A stretch of DNA of 62,647 nt, counting the filler, from Rhabdomonas costata (lineage: Eukaryota), in the NCBI GenBank assembly GCA_019059605.1. It is 17 parts of 17 records of this genome, joined end to end, with 100 filler letters (N's around TTAATTAATTAA, not from the genome) between each part and the next. Parts side by side here need not be neighbours in the genome. Positions count along the whole stretch, not along the records: positions 48,070 to 51,639 come from JAHMHO010000714.1; positions 51,740 to 55,308 come from JAHMHO010000715.1; positions 55,409 to 58,974 come from JAHMHO010000716.1; positions 59,075 to 62,647 come from JAHMHO010000717.1; 13 more parts are not named here. One strand, 5' to 3'. Positions 48,505 through 61,511 of this stretch are shown one piece after another. Every line of letters starts with the position of its first letter. Within the stretch, counting starts at the first letter, position 1. Below the pieces are notes generated by a model, which ran no database searches, was not told the DNA's origin, and saw nothing but the letters and a program-made list of their open reading frames with translations. A program made the position numbers and the translations under genes.

Positions 48505-51272
48505 TGCCACCTCGAGGCGGCAGCCCTCATGGCCGAGCGTGCTGAAGCCGTGGACCTGGGGAAAGTCCTCGCGAATTGACAAGTGCGCCGCCATTCCTTC
48601 CCCCCCCCCTTCCATTTCCGGGCTCATTGTCAGTGTTGTCATCTTTTTCGAAGATTTGTCGTTCTCGCTGTACCCGTGTGTGTGGTCACCCGGTTGCCCG
48701 GATGAGCCCGCAGCGAAAAACGATGCATACCCAAAGGTTGAGCTCAGGAGAGCCAGAATGTTTCGGCTCGTAGCTGCCCTGGAGGCTTTTTTTTCACCTT
48801 TCGTTGAATTTTGCCCCAATTGAACCATTTTCTGTGGGGCGGATGGGGGGATGGGTTGCAGGACGCCCGCAACGCAGGACCCGCTGCCAGAGTGGCCGAA
48901 GTCATGGGCCTCACCCTCTTATCCCTCGGTCGCTCCGTATGTGCCCCGACCACCACTGCCGCCTCGGTTGGGACGCCCTTTTTGTCTTCTTTTTGGTCGA
49001 TGACCCCCCAAAACTCCAGTGATGTGCCATTATTAGCCCACGGCGCTCTGGATGTGGGAAATGATGATGCAGGCAGCCATTGTACGTTGCCGCATTGCTG
49101 TATAGCCGCAAAAGCTGCTGCAGCTCTGTTCTTTGTTTGTCATGATGGAAAAGAAAAGCGTTAAGACGAGACCTGGATCTTGTCATGCCCACTTTGCTGC
49201 TTTGCAGGGAGTTTAAGATAACCTTACTTGCCTCACAGAATGACAACATTGGCTTTGCAAAAGGGCAGGGAGGGCTCAAGATTAGGCGAGGGGCGGGAAG
49301 CTACCATCTGCCTCAGGCCCAAGTCATCTTGGACAAGTTGGCTCAAGCCCTGGACCTGGGGAAAGCCCTCGAGGTGTGTGCATGGGTATGTGCGCTGCAT
49401 CTTGGACCCTGCCGCTGACTGTCTGCCCACCTGTTCCCGGCCGTTCTGGAAAGGTGGGGATGACGGTTGACCCACTACGTGCGTGCAGAAACTCGGAAGC
49501 CGAATATGGTACTCCTACACCTCATGCTGATGTTTTCTTTGGTTTTTGGGTGCTTCTTCACAGCGCTGTTGTTGCTCAGCAGCAGAGCTCTTCTTCCTCA
49601 TGGACCGCGCCCTCTGTTGAGACGTGTGTGCCTCCTGCCGATTTTCTCCGGTTCTTTCGCCCGGCCTTCGGACCGCATGCTTGTCGTGGCTGTGTGCCCA
49701 TATGGCTGAGGTTTCCCGATCACAACTGCCCAACTGCGCTACGAACCCAAAACATGGAACTCATACTCATCCGATTTTCCTAGAATTTTACCATTTTCAA
49801 CCCAAACAGTGCCCCCTCTGCGCATTATGGAAAAGCTACTATTTCCGAATTGAGTGCGTTTTCCTTGATGGTGGTTGTGGTCGTTGGGTGTGGTGGGATG
49901 TAGCTCACGGGCCCTGGTAGTGGACCAAAAAAGCTCTGGGTCGAGCTGGCTGAAGCCCTGGACTTGGGAGCGATCCCGCTCGAGGTGTGCCCCCCGCCCC
50001 CTTCGCCGCCCTCCGTGAGCTTCGGTTTCCATATTTTTCTCTTTTGCTTCTGTGAAGGCCCGTTTCGCCCGACCTTTAAGTCTTAACGAGGCAGCCCATT
50101 TTGGGAGATGTCAAGGCATTTCAATGACGGTGTTTACCACGGTTGCGATTTCTCGACTCCATTCTTGCTTTCATCCGAACCCACCCCCCGTGTGCTCAGC
50201 TCTCTTCTTGGATTTCATCTTTACTTAAGTTGCTCCCTTTTGCTTGCATTGCCCCACCGTGAAGACGGGCTCTCAGCTGAATCACCTGATGAAGCATTCC
50301 CACAGAGGCTTTCGTGTGCCCAATGCAAGTGGGTCGAATGATGTATTTGCGGAGAGGGGAATCAAACGATCTAACACTAGGTACGGTTCAAATTGTTACG
50401 CTGTGTAACAATATGACAAAAACAAAATTTGTCAACTTTTTGCCCTGTGAATGCTGTGTTTTGCTGCCTGCAGCGAGGCATCGCGGGCCGCTCAAGTGAG
50501 CCCCGCAGTGCCCTTGCCGGGTCAGGTGTTCCGGGAGGAATCTTGGGACATGGCAGGGGTGTACTCCGCACACCGTCTGCCGGTGTTCCAGCACAGCGGG
50601 TTCCTGGGTAACCTGGAGCTGTGCCTGAGGGACCTCGAGGCGATGGAGGACCAGCTGCTGCAGGTCACTGAGTGGGCGTGGACGGAGCCCTGGACCTGGG
50701 CCAGGTGAGCTCCCCTCCATGTGTGACCCTGTCCATATTACCGATGTTTGGAAGCGGAGGAGAGAGGTCTTGTTTGGGAAGGAGGAGGATGGTTGTTTTT
50801 TTCTCTTCGCGCGCCTTATATCCTCGCGCTGATCAAAAATGGACAGAAGCTAAGCCGCTGTATTTTAACACAGGTTATTCACCTGACAAGTCCGCCTTTT
50901 TTTTTTCGGTATTTTTGATATGCAAAGAGGCATCAGGGTGAGTCGTTTGCAGCGTCAAGGTGCGATGGTCAAATTTTTCGCCAGCGGACGCCGCTGGGTT
51001 GGCTTTGCCTTCATTATCAAGCGTCTCTTGTATTGGTCCCAACACATTACATCTATTGCGTCTTTGTCTGGACCAATCTGTCTGGCGGTCCGGTTCAGGC
51101 GGATTTTCGCGTCGAACCGCAAGCTGGCAAAGCAGGTGGAAGAGCAGGTGGAGCTGCAGCGCAGGCGGTGCGCGGAGCTGCGGCTGCGGAACCTCTTCGG
51201 TGACGACGGGGCGGGCGATCAGGCCGTGTTCGATGCAATCGCCGAGGGCAAGGCGACCGTGATCAAGCGCGG
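48505..51272 (+). CDS. Hypothetical protein with four (W)LKPWTW-like repeats; seven in-phase exons (48505-48582, 48862-48900, 49317-49373, 49580-49623, 49921-49984, 50474-50704, 51099-51272)
   Basis: All GT-AG junctions chain into one open frame: SWPSVLKPWTWGK, SSWTSWLKPWTWGK, SGSSWLKPWTWER, EWAWTEPWTWAR, then a coiled-coil-like segment. Differences between the core repeats fall at third codon positions in this frame. Confidence 0.7.
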
Positions 51273-52167
51273 GTTTGTGTGTGTGTATCAACCACACGGC
51301 ACATGCCACCTCGCCCCGCATCTGTGCCTTCTTTGCCACCTGATGTCTGTTTGAAAAAATAGCCCCCCCCCCTGCATCTGACTTTATTTTTGAGTGCATC
51401 TGACTTTCCCCGCTCTTCGCACTGGAAAGAATGGTTTTTTCTTCCTTATCATTTTTCCATCCAGTCCAGGATGGATTTTTAAATCAATTTTTTCCCGGAG
51501 ATGGCGGAATGAATTAATTCGCAGGTTCATGAGACGAACGGTTCCATTACCTTTTTCTTTGGCTGATTATGGTTTTTGTCTTTAGGTTTTTCCACAGCCT
51601 GGTACGGCCGTGGACGTGGAAAAACCTAAACACACAACANNNNNNNNNNNNNNNNNNNNNNNNNNNNNNNNNNNNNNNNNNNNTTAATTAATTAANNNNN
51701 NNNNNNNNNNNNNNNNNNNNNNNNNNNNNNNNNNNNNNNCACCCATCGCAACCATCCACAAGCATGAAAAACGTCACTGCCACACCAGCGTGGGGAGAGG
51801 TATACGGCCTGTGGTTTTTTCTTTTACTGGGAAGCACGCCGAACAGTTCCTTAGGTGGACAACATCATCGTATTGTCCGCGTCATTTGAAACAGTGACGG
51901 TCCAAAGTGAATGTCCATGTTGGACTTGAATATTTAGAATATGAAGATTGTACTAAATTGGGTTTTCAGCAATGAATCTCTAACCGGACTCACAGCTCCG
52001 CGCACACATCAATGTCGACACATTTTGAAATCAATTCAAACCCACAATCCCTTCACCCAATCATGCTATCAGATCGATTACACCAACGCTTTCCATCTTC
52101 CATTTTGGGATGCATTTTTTTAATGAATAAAAAAATGAATAAAAAAGTGCTTTCACTAAGCTTTTAC

Positions 52168-54988
52168 CTGCCCTTGGCGGCGGCGGCCCCAGAGCACAGC
52201 AGCTTCTGGAGCATCTCCTGGTGAAACCTCACAGAGGAACACGTGGAGAAGAAAACCAGTACTTTGCCCATCCCCGAGGGCTGCCGCCGGAGGTATTTAA
52301 GGAAACAGTACAGCAGCATCAGCCGATGCTCCCACTCGCACTCCACAAAGTACTGCCGCAGCGAGGCGTTGGTGGGGCCGCCTACCGGAAAAATAATGAA
52401 ACCAATGAATCCATGGAAAAACTCCAGCAAAAAAGGAGAGAGAATCCAGCTACTTAGAAACTGCACCACTGCGGAATCAGAACATGCCATGAAATATATC
52501 CCAATGCAGCTGAGGCATGCATTGGGATGTTTACCAGTGAGTGGTTGGTATCTACATCAAAAGCTACTAAAGCCCTTTCCGGTGACCGTTTCCAATGGTT
52601 TTCAGCAAGGTGAACATACTTTTTTCTGTCCTAATAACAGGAGGGTTGCACAGGCGTTCGGGTACGCTATGGATGTGTGAAAAGGTGGCGGCAGCGGCGG
52701 GTTGGTGGTTAACAACTGGAGGTGGCTTCAGGACCCCAGGTATCGATATCTAGGTACTTGAAGCGCATGCTTCGATTCCCTGTGCTTCATAAATGCCACA
52801 CCACAGCCAGATACGTCATCCGAAGCACGCCAAAGTGGCCCGTTCAGTTCCGCACATGCATTTGCGTGCGAATAAAGTGGGTTAGGGAAAAGCGCGGTAC
52901 CACGACTTGTAGCGGAGGCAGTGGTTGAAGAGGCCGTGGGTTGCAGTGCACTGGTGGTGCCAACCTCACAACCCTCCGCGGCATCACCGGAGCGCTTGCA
53001 GGAATGCGCCTTGTCCTTTGAAAGACGCGCGGAGGCACCCTCTGCCTCAACTCCATGTTCAGGGTCAGGCTCCGCTTCGCCCGGCAGCGCAGGACCACCC
53101 TCCGATGGGGTGCTTTTGCCTTGGGACGCAACAGCCTCAGACTTCTTTTTTCGCTTCTTAGGCTTCCTGGCGTCGGGAGAATGCAAGTCCCGCTCCTGTT
53201 CGCTCTCCTCGTCAGAATCCGAATCGTCATCATCTAAGAGAGAATGTGCGTGGACGTTTCTGGAATCGCGCGTGTGCAGCACTGAGCATTTGACTCTTGC
53301 GAACATCCCCACTGCGCATCAGGGATGCGGTTGGTTGTTGGGTTGGGTTGGGTTGGGTCTGATTGGTTTCGGACAGGTTCTCTAAATATAGGATCGGGTT
53401 GAAACGCTGCAAAACGCGTCGCGGCCCTGCCCATCGACCAGTGGGTGTGAAATGTATGTCTGAAAAAGTCAAAATTATGAAAACTGACCTTTCCCCGATG
53501 TCCCTTCCTTCTCATCACGTTCCTAGACATTCTCTTTTCTTTTGCCAGCCCCCCTCTTTCTTTCTTCTCTCTCCCTTTCTTTTTGACGGTTTTGCAGTCT
53601 GTGAACTGCCACGGCCCCAACGCTGTACGCAACCCTCCTTGGTGGTGAAAACAGTTGTGTACCTTTCCTCCCGTTGCCTTCTCCTGGTGCCCGGGAAACG
53701 AAAGTTTTCGAAGGAAACCATCCCTTTACAACAGAACCAACTCGACCTCATATTGAGTACATTGGGACAATCAAGAACCTGAACACGCGCAGGAACCAGG
53801 TCACACAAAGCAGGTGTCCACGAAACGAGCGACCTAATGGACAACCATAACCATGGCATCCAGGAACATACTTTTCCAGATTTTCGCCTTCTTCTTTGGC
53901 TTCTTCTGCTTTGTCCGCGGGACCCACTCCGCGGTATCTTCGGCATGCCTTCCTCGCTTGTTTCCCGGCCTTGCAGCCTCCTCCTCAGTGGGTCCCTCTG
54001 CAGCCCCGAGCCCGGCCCCGCTGGTCAGCCCACGGAGTTCCGGCGGGGGAGCAGCCTCGGCCACAATGTACAGTGGGGCTGAAGCGAAGGTCAGCCGGGA
54101 CAGCTGCTGCAGCGCTGCATTGTTCGTGGCCGAGAACAGCGCCGTCTGCCGGCCTGGGCATGCGGGTTAAAGAGAGGCTCTGCTGCACGGCACGTTTTGT
54201 CCAAACCTCCCCAAATAGAGAGCTTGAACCATAGTAGTGTATGCACCGAACCGCAGCTGGAGACCTGTTTATGGGACACTTGCAAATTATTTCCGGTTTT
54301 CAATGTTATTTCTGAGGGATTACACTGTGCCAGGGACGTGAAATGAATCTAATTCAACGAAAGACCATGAACCATGCACTGAACCGTAGGTAGGGAACAC
54401 TGTGCTGTCCCCCTCCGAAAGGAACATATCTTAGGCTGGGGAGGATGAGAAGAACTATGGCCGCGGCAGTACTAAAAGTTTAAGGTTCAACGTCGCAAAA
54501 TGCAATGGGCAATGGGCTTTTCCGTGAGAGGAGATTGCAAGATCAACCACCAGTTTCCCCGCACCCACGACAAGAATCCAAGCTTCAGGTCAACACTCAC
54601 ACGGCATGCGAGCATTAGCCTACGCAATTTGTGGCTCAGCCCCCGCCCCCCTCTGCCCCATTTTTTTGGTGCGATTTCGCCGAGAGCAGAACACTCTCGG
54701 GAAGAAAGAGCTAAGTCCCGGCTAAGTCTACCTCCATACAAGAAAAGAAAGGAGGATATATTCATCAAAATCCAATCTGCTGTAGAGGGAAGAGGGGGCA
54801 TTGCCCTGGGTTGGCAGTCTGGCGAGAATGTCATCGATGTCCCTCTGGAAGCCCTCGGCGAGAAGGCGGTCGGCCTCATCCATGATGAGGCACCGTAGCT
54901 CACTGACCACCCACTGCCGGCAGTGGGTAAGGTGGTCGCGCAGCCTTCCTGGGGTCGCCACCACGACGTCCACCCCGCGGCTCAGAAC
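52168..54988 (-). CDS. DEAD-box RNA helicase, HAS1/DDX18- or DBP7/DDX31-like; partial (exons 54805-54988, 53872-54153, 52907-53233, 52168-52381)
   Basis: VVVATPGRLRDHL (motif Ib), LIMDEADRLL (II), RQTALFSAT (III), LRQYFV...KVLVFFSTCSSVRFH (IV). Confidence 0.9.
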
Positions 54989-57900
54989 CTGTTCCGGGGC
55001 ATGAAGTACTTACACAGTACCAGCGCACACCAGACACATGATGTCTGCAATTGTGCAGGAGAGCAGGAGCCCAGGGGGATACGTTGGAGGAAAACAGGTG
55101 ACCCATATTTAAAAATGGATTAGATTAACGGAGCAGAATGGATACGCATCTCGAAGCGAGACGAACTGCGGAAGAGACCAATTAAGAAAGACCCCTCTCT
55201 CTCCCCGCAAAAAGAAGGTCTACAGATGGGACCAAAGGAGCTGCGTGATTCTCACTACAAACACAACCGCACGCCCATTTCACTTGTGAGCGTGCACTCC
55301 TTACCAACNNNNNNNNNNNNNNNNNNNNNNNNNNNNNNNNNNNNNNNNNNNNTTAATTAATTAANNNNNNNNNNNNNNNNNNNNNNNNNNNNNNNNNNNN
55401 NNNNNNNNTAATGGGATGATAGAGAAAAAGGGTTTGGGTCGATCTGGCAGCACTGCAGGAGTACAGGGAGTCGCACCCCGCAAGCCTTAGTCACGAAAGA
55501 GACATTTACATTTGTTTCTACACAAACAAGAACAATCCCAAGACCAAGATGTACAGAGAACACCCGACAACAGTGTACGAACAGGTAAGGGCGCTGCGCC
55601 GGCGCCAAGTTACACGTTCGCACAGCGCGCATTCGTGAAATTGGCGATTTATGACACCCTTATTTGTTCATTTTCGTCCAAAAAGTGTTACACTGTTCGA
55701 TTTCAAAGAGGTTTTGCGGGGGGACGAGGGAGGAGAAAACTCCACAAATCACGGATGCATCCCTTGGTTCGGAGAAGTACACCAAAAACATCATCAACCG
55801 AGCTCGCAGGTATGTCACCCGAACTGTGACCGTGTTTTGATTTAAACCTCTTCAAAAAGCTTTCAACACTTTTGGCCAGAATTTGTGTGCGCAGGAGTTT
55901 TCCAAGGGAAGCAATGGTGTTGGGTATGCATTAGATTGGTCACAATATTACTTCTTGAGTTCACAAAGTCTACGATATGATGTAACTTGACAACGGATCG
56001 AACACAGAAGCAAACTGGGCAAGTTCCGCAGGTCCTATTTGCTTGCAACCCATGGCGCGTCAAACCTCGAGGGCCGTCTGGCCACAGTCCGGGAAGCAGT
56101 GACGTCAGGAAGGCCAAACTCTCGATCAGCACCCAAGGAAGAAACTGTTGCTTCATACTGGACTGGAAAACTCGGCTCTGCTGCCTTCACTTCGCTGCGC
56201 TGCTCCCGCCTTTGAGAGGCCGTCGGTGTGGTGAAGGACAACGTTGACGGTGATGCACATGGGCCTTTCACTTTCGGTTTAGTGTCACCCTGAGCACTCC
56301 TGTCCTGGGCTGTGGACAGAGTCCCTGAAACCGCCAAGGGCGGAGTGAAGGACTGCACTGCTACCGTTGGGCAGGTCGTCATCTTCATCCCTGACACCGC
56401 TTCATTCTTCCGAGTGGTTGTGCTGCAAAAAATACCCAAGCAAAAAGCAAAGCGTGACAATATGCCCCCCCCCAAAATACGGCATCGAAACAAACGATGA
56501 GAAACCTGGGTGCATCCAACAGCTTCGCACCAGCAAAGAAAATGCGATTCAACACAAAAATGTCATACCGCCTCCAACGTGGACGAAATTCAGCAAGCCA
56601 TGCACTCTGACACGGTTCAGAAAACGGTTAAGATCACGTCGCAGCATTGCTGCAAACCTGGAGGAGGTCGTTCGCGCAGCAGCCAAAAGGGGTGCCAACT
56701 TGTTGCTGGAGTTGTGCTGCAGCGTCGCGGGCATCGACTGCAGCGGAGGGACGGGCAGGGATTGCTCAGCGAGAACTGGGTTCACCTCCGCAGGGCCCGA
56801 CGCCGACGACGGGGGCGACAACTCCACCAGTGTGGGTGGAAATGAAGGCTCCTGGGCGTATTTCCTCGGCACAGTAGCATGCGATCTGAAAAGGACGGGA
56901 AAGGTCAAGGGGCAAAGATTGAACTTCAAACTCGGGGAACCTTGCACTTAAATTTAACCAAAATGCTGAAATCAAGGCAAAATTCGGGTTGATAATTCGT
57001 CTCTGGTTCGCGGAATCCATATGCTTGGAGGAAGGGCTACGAACAAAAGAAACCAAACTGCAACAGTTTGTATCGATACCACCAGAATGTTTTATCTCCT
57101 TGCTCTGTGATGTATTTAGCCAAGAGTGTAACCGCCGTTCCAGCTCGAGCAGCCACATTCAGGTAAACGCCGTGAGCCGTGGCTCAGTTCCGGTACTGTT
57201 GCGTTCTCACTCAGCCCGTCCAGAGCAAAGCAGCGGCAAAGGTGTGGACGTTAAACAACCCTAACTAGCTACTAAGACAAATAACTGACAAGAGGATGCC
57301 TGAACAGGGCATTCCCGCACAAAAGGGGTGCCAATAGTAGCATAGGGACGGCGCACCCCGCAAGCTTTAGTCACAAAAAAACAGTTTTAAACAGAAGACC
57401 ACACATGTAAAGACCGGACAGCATGTGTCAGAGATCAAGCACGACCAAACAAAACCAAAGACGCGCTGGGAAAGGAGCCGAGGCTCGGTCCCTGCATAAC
57501 GGGATTAGCTCGAACGAAGTCGCCGAGAAATAGAATCGAGTGGAGTAAGCCGCATGGGATGGTCAACAAGAGACCGGACAAAAACGCATACCCTGCACAC
57601 ATGCCAGTTAATGCCTCAGTTTTTAACATTGCGGATCCTGCATTTCCGAACTCGTAAGCAGCGTGCAGTGCAATTCAACTTATCTCCCATTTAGCCTGGA
57701 GAGAGGGAAAACTACTTGCTCAGCTTCAAGCGGCCAACATCCAATGGAATATGGAAGAGCACAGTTGGGGTCAAAGTGGGGTCTTCTCTCGTTTGGGGAA
57801 AGGATAAAACACAATAAAATTCCAAAACCGTATTGTGTCAACAGACCGATCATGAAACCAGCATTGCATGCTTTGCACAACTCTGCTCAGCGTTTTTCTT

Positions 57901-59528
57901 TTGTGATATGATATTCCGAATTCGTCTTCTCTTGGCCACAGCTTTTCTGTGGTCGCTATAAAGACAAACCAAATCAAAGGGTTGCCTGTGCATGGGTACA
58001 TCCATGCAGAAGTGACGCTTGATTAGTGAATTCCAAGAAATGAAAATACGCGAATACCTTGCACATACTAGATGCGATACTTCCGACACTTGCATTGCTT
58101 CAAAACTCGTTTTCAAAAAAAACTACCTTGCAGTGGTGTTCGTTGAGCATTTCTTCTTTGAAGCGGAGCAGGATCGAGCAGCAGCTCGCGAAGGTGGGCC
58201 TGACCGTCTCCGCCTTTGCGTTCGTCTGCCGGAAAAACTCTTAGTATTGCTTAAACTGACAATAAAACAGGTCATGTGAAAGAAAAAGTATGGCATGACA
58301 TTATGCAGTGGTTCTATTATTTATACTGAACATCAATACTTTTGCAGTTCAAGGATGAAGAGAAAGAAGTTCAAGTGCAGTGCGCACTTTTAGAACGACA
58401 CACGGTACCAATCGGTAACAGTCCCACTGCATGCAGGCAGGACTGTTGCAGGAAAACTCAGAAGAAACCAACAACAAAAACAAATACCTCAAGCGTTCAG
58501 CACCCTTGCATTGCTTCTTCGTGGGTGAAAATTGGCTTGGTGATATCTGTGGCAAAAAGAATAAAGATTAGGGCAGAAGACGACAGTGACGGGGCTTCTT
58601 TATTTCATTGAGCTTCGATGATCGACTTCAATGCTTCTGGGGAAAGGCAGGTCCTTCAGAAAACCGGCGCCACCACTCCGGCGCCGGCATGTACTCCTGA
58701 GCTTTACCATTAGCTTTGCAGTTCCGAAAAGCGCACCCCAGGCCCTTTAAAGAGGCCAAATTTAGGCTGAAGAGGCTGAGTGGAGCACCTGGAAGGACCC
58801 CCCCCCCAGAACAGCGGTGAAAGAACTGACGACGGTCAATGAATCAAACCTGCACGTGAAAAAAACCAGCAAAGTGCATTCTGAACAGTTGTGTTCTTTT
58901 CCCTGTCCCAGCACATGAACTCTCACCTCTTCCCGCCCATCCTCCTCGTCCTCACGTTTACCGTAAAAAAAACCNNNNNNNNNNNNNNNNNNNNNNNNNN
59001 NNNNNNNNNNNNNNNNNNTTAATTAATTAANNNNNNNNNNNNNNNNNNNNNNNNNNNNNNNNNNNNNNNNNNNNTGTGGTGTAATGTCTCAGAGGGGTGA
59101 GAGGGGTGGAGTTCCCTTGAACCGCGGTTTAATGCGTCACTGACCAAGAGGTGATCCGTTTCCCGAGAACGGCCCAGGCAGCGGGAGAGTATTCGAAACT
59201 CCGCTGGAGGCAAAAGACCTCCACCAAAACCACCTTGACTTGTTTGACTTGTGTTCGAAGTGTGCATTATTCTTGACTCCGCGCAAAAAGACGGGCTGAG
59301 AGAGAGAGAATGAATATGTATTCTTACAATGTATTCGTACCCATCACCTTGTGGAATTAAAAATTAGTGTATGATTTTGGATTTTGAGTGGACCATGTAT
59401 CTTCCATCTTTTACGGTGCTCTCCAAAAGGGTCCAAAGGGCTCCGCTGGATCCCTGCTGATTGTGCGTTGTGGCACAGTCTCTCTGGGCTGAGCGTTTCG
59501 TTTCCTCCTTCCCTTGGTTTCCTTTAAG

Positions 59529-60807
59529 GTTGCCCCAATTTTTGTCGGCGTTGCGGGGAAGATGACCTCATTTTGGCTTCCCCCCAACGTCACCGTTGTA
59601 GCCCGGGGACCGCTAGACAGCGCCGAGCTGGTCACCCTTAATGCTCTGTGGGACTACGCCCGCCTGCACCCCAGCCACTACCTTTTATACGTCCACAACA
59701 AGGGAGCAAGGTATGGCGGACCGAACAGCAACAGAGTCGTGGACCCAGGCTCAGAGCAACCCCCAAGTCCCGCCTTGGAGCATCGCCTGCGCAGGTTTGT
59801 GGAGGCGAGCATCGGATCTTCGTTGTCCTCAGAAAGGACGCGGTGGTGCCCATACTGTGAGCTTCCCTCGGCGATTAAGCAGCCCTGCTATCACTCCGAT
59901 GGCTCGCAGCCCACCACTCGCGCTGACTTGACCCTTCTCTACGCGGGAGTTGACGACTGGGTAGACGTGCTGCTCTATTTCTTGGTGTGGCACTGGCCTG
60001 AGTCTGTGCGGGCCTTGGACTCTGGGGCATGGGCGACAGGGCAGAACACGTACTTCCAGAACTCCTGCGGTGGGGAACACCCATTTTTCAGGTCTGCAGG
60101 AGTAGCGTATTTTTGGGACGTGTCCCCAGCTCTCTCAGAATACCATCTGCCAATGCTTGGGAAATTTCCTGATTTGAGGCATTAACGCGTCGAAAGACAC
60201 TGCTCACTTTTGTTTATGCCCTCAGCCGACACTGAGATGTGGGGCTAATGATCTCATGATCTTCGTAGATCATTCGGTTTCATTTTGAGGTCCCAAGAAT
60301 TATCTGTGGTCTGTGGTGCTCCAGTGCCGCCGTTCAGCCCACTTGACCCAGTTGATTTTAGTTGCTTTATTACTGTTTGCAACACGCACCTATTTTTAGC
60401 TTGTCCATAATAACTGTGCGCACCATTTTGGCAGCTATTTGCTTTCCTACTACTAGTTTACTTGTGCCCTTTTTAGCGGAAACTTCTGGTGGGTCAAGGC
60501 TGAGTATATCGCACGTCTGCAGCGGTTCCGGGGGGATGAGCCCCGGACCTGTGCGGAGGCGTGGCTGGGCACCAACCGGTCTGCGTTCCCGAAAATGCTG
60601 TGCACGTTTCGCTCCCATGTTTCCCACTACTATCAGCGCTACCCTCGGGAACGGTACATCAATGATGAGATGTACCGCCGGCTCAGAGATGGTCTCACAG
60701 CAATTGAGACACCCCCCGAGAAGCGAACTCGAGAGCAAAGGGAGCGCGTCCCTCCCAACCCGATGTCCTGCATCTCAGGCAGCAAGGATTACTGGGACAT
60801 GAAGTGA
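59529..60807 (+). CDS. Uncharacterised 'E..TL / YxHxKG / SGNFWW / AExW' family protein (putative glycosyltransferase-like); exons 59529-60091 and 60477-60807
   Basis: AELVTLNALWDYARLHPSHYLLYVHNKG...DDWVDVLLYFLVWHWPESVRALD...GQN...HPFFS|GNFWWVKAEYIARL...RTCAEAWLG...SHYYQRYP. The phase-2 GT-AG intron at 60092-60476 restores SGNFWW. Confidence 0.75.
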
Positions 60808-61511
60808 TCACCGGTGTTGATTCGTTTGTATTTTGTATCCACCTCTCTCTCTCTGGCAGCCACAGCGTCTGCCTGGGTCCAGCTATTCTCGCTTGCGTAT
60901 TTATTTCGTAAAACGAACCCACATCTCACTACCTGGTAGGTGACACCTGCCGTAGCTTCACTATTGCTCTTCTGACGTGGGTGGGTTTACCTTTACCCAC
61001 CTTCCGCCAGCCCCCTTTTCGGTGGAAAAACTTGTTTGCATTTGTGTATTTTAAGTCGCTAGGTGGTGTAGGCGCTTCCATTAAACGTTGTTGCTGTCTC
61101 TGTTGGGCATATCATTGATTTGATTTCTTCCGGAACTGAGCTGGGAACCGGAAGGGAGAAGTGCTGCCACGGCTGAGGCCACCGCGGAACCTCCAGGCAC
61201 CAGGATGGAGAATTCCCCCAAAAAGTTTAAACGCTTTATGTACGAAAGTGACCCGCCAGCTTTGGTTGGTGATGCAGTTTTACTGCCAGAACCTGCGAAA
61301 GTGTCCCTATTGTGCCTTCTCAGGGGCAAAGATGCCCAAAAAGTAGTCCTAATTCGCCCCAATAGGCAGCAACATCGGATCAGGATGGACCCCACGGCTG
61401 CGCTTTCGGGGATAATATCAATAAATGGGAGGGGTGTTGATGTGATCCCTGCACCGCGAGTTTTCAGGTTTCCGTTTGGGTTTCTTTTCCCGAAATTCTC
61501 GTTTACTCGCA

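Noticed and set aside
48530..49984. Repeated GCTGAAGCCCTGGACCTGGG units as CRISPR repeats, or as an AEALDLG peptide
   Set aside because: Spacing is irregular (hundreds of bp), each unit is bounded by splice sites, variation is synonymous in the PWTW frame, and the alternative frame has a stop in copy 1.
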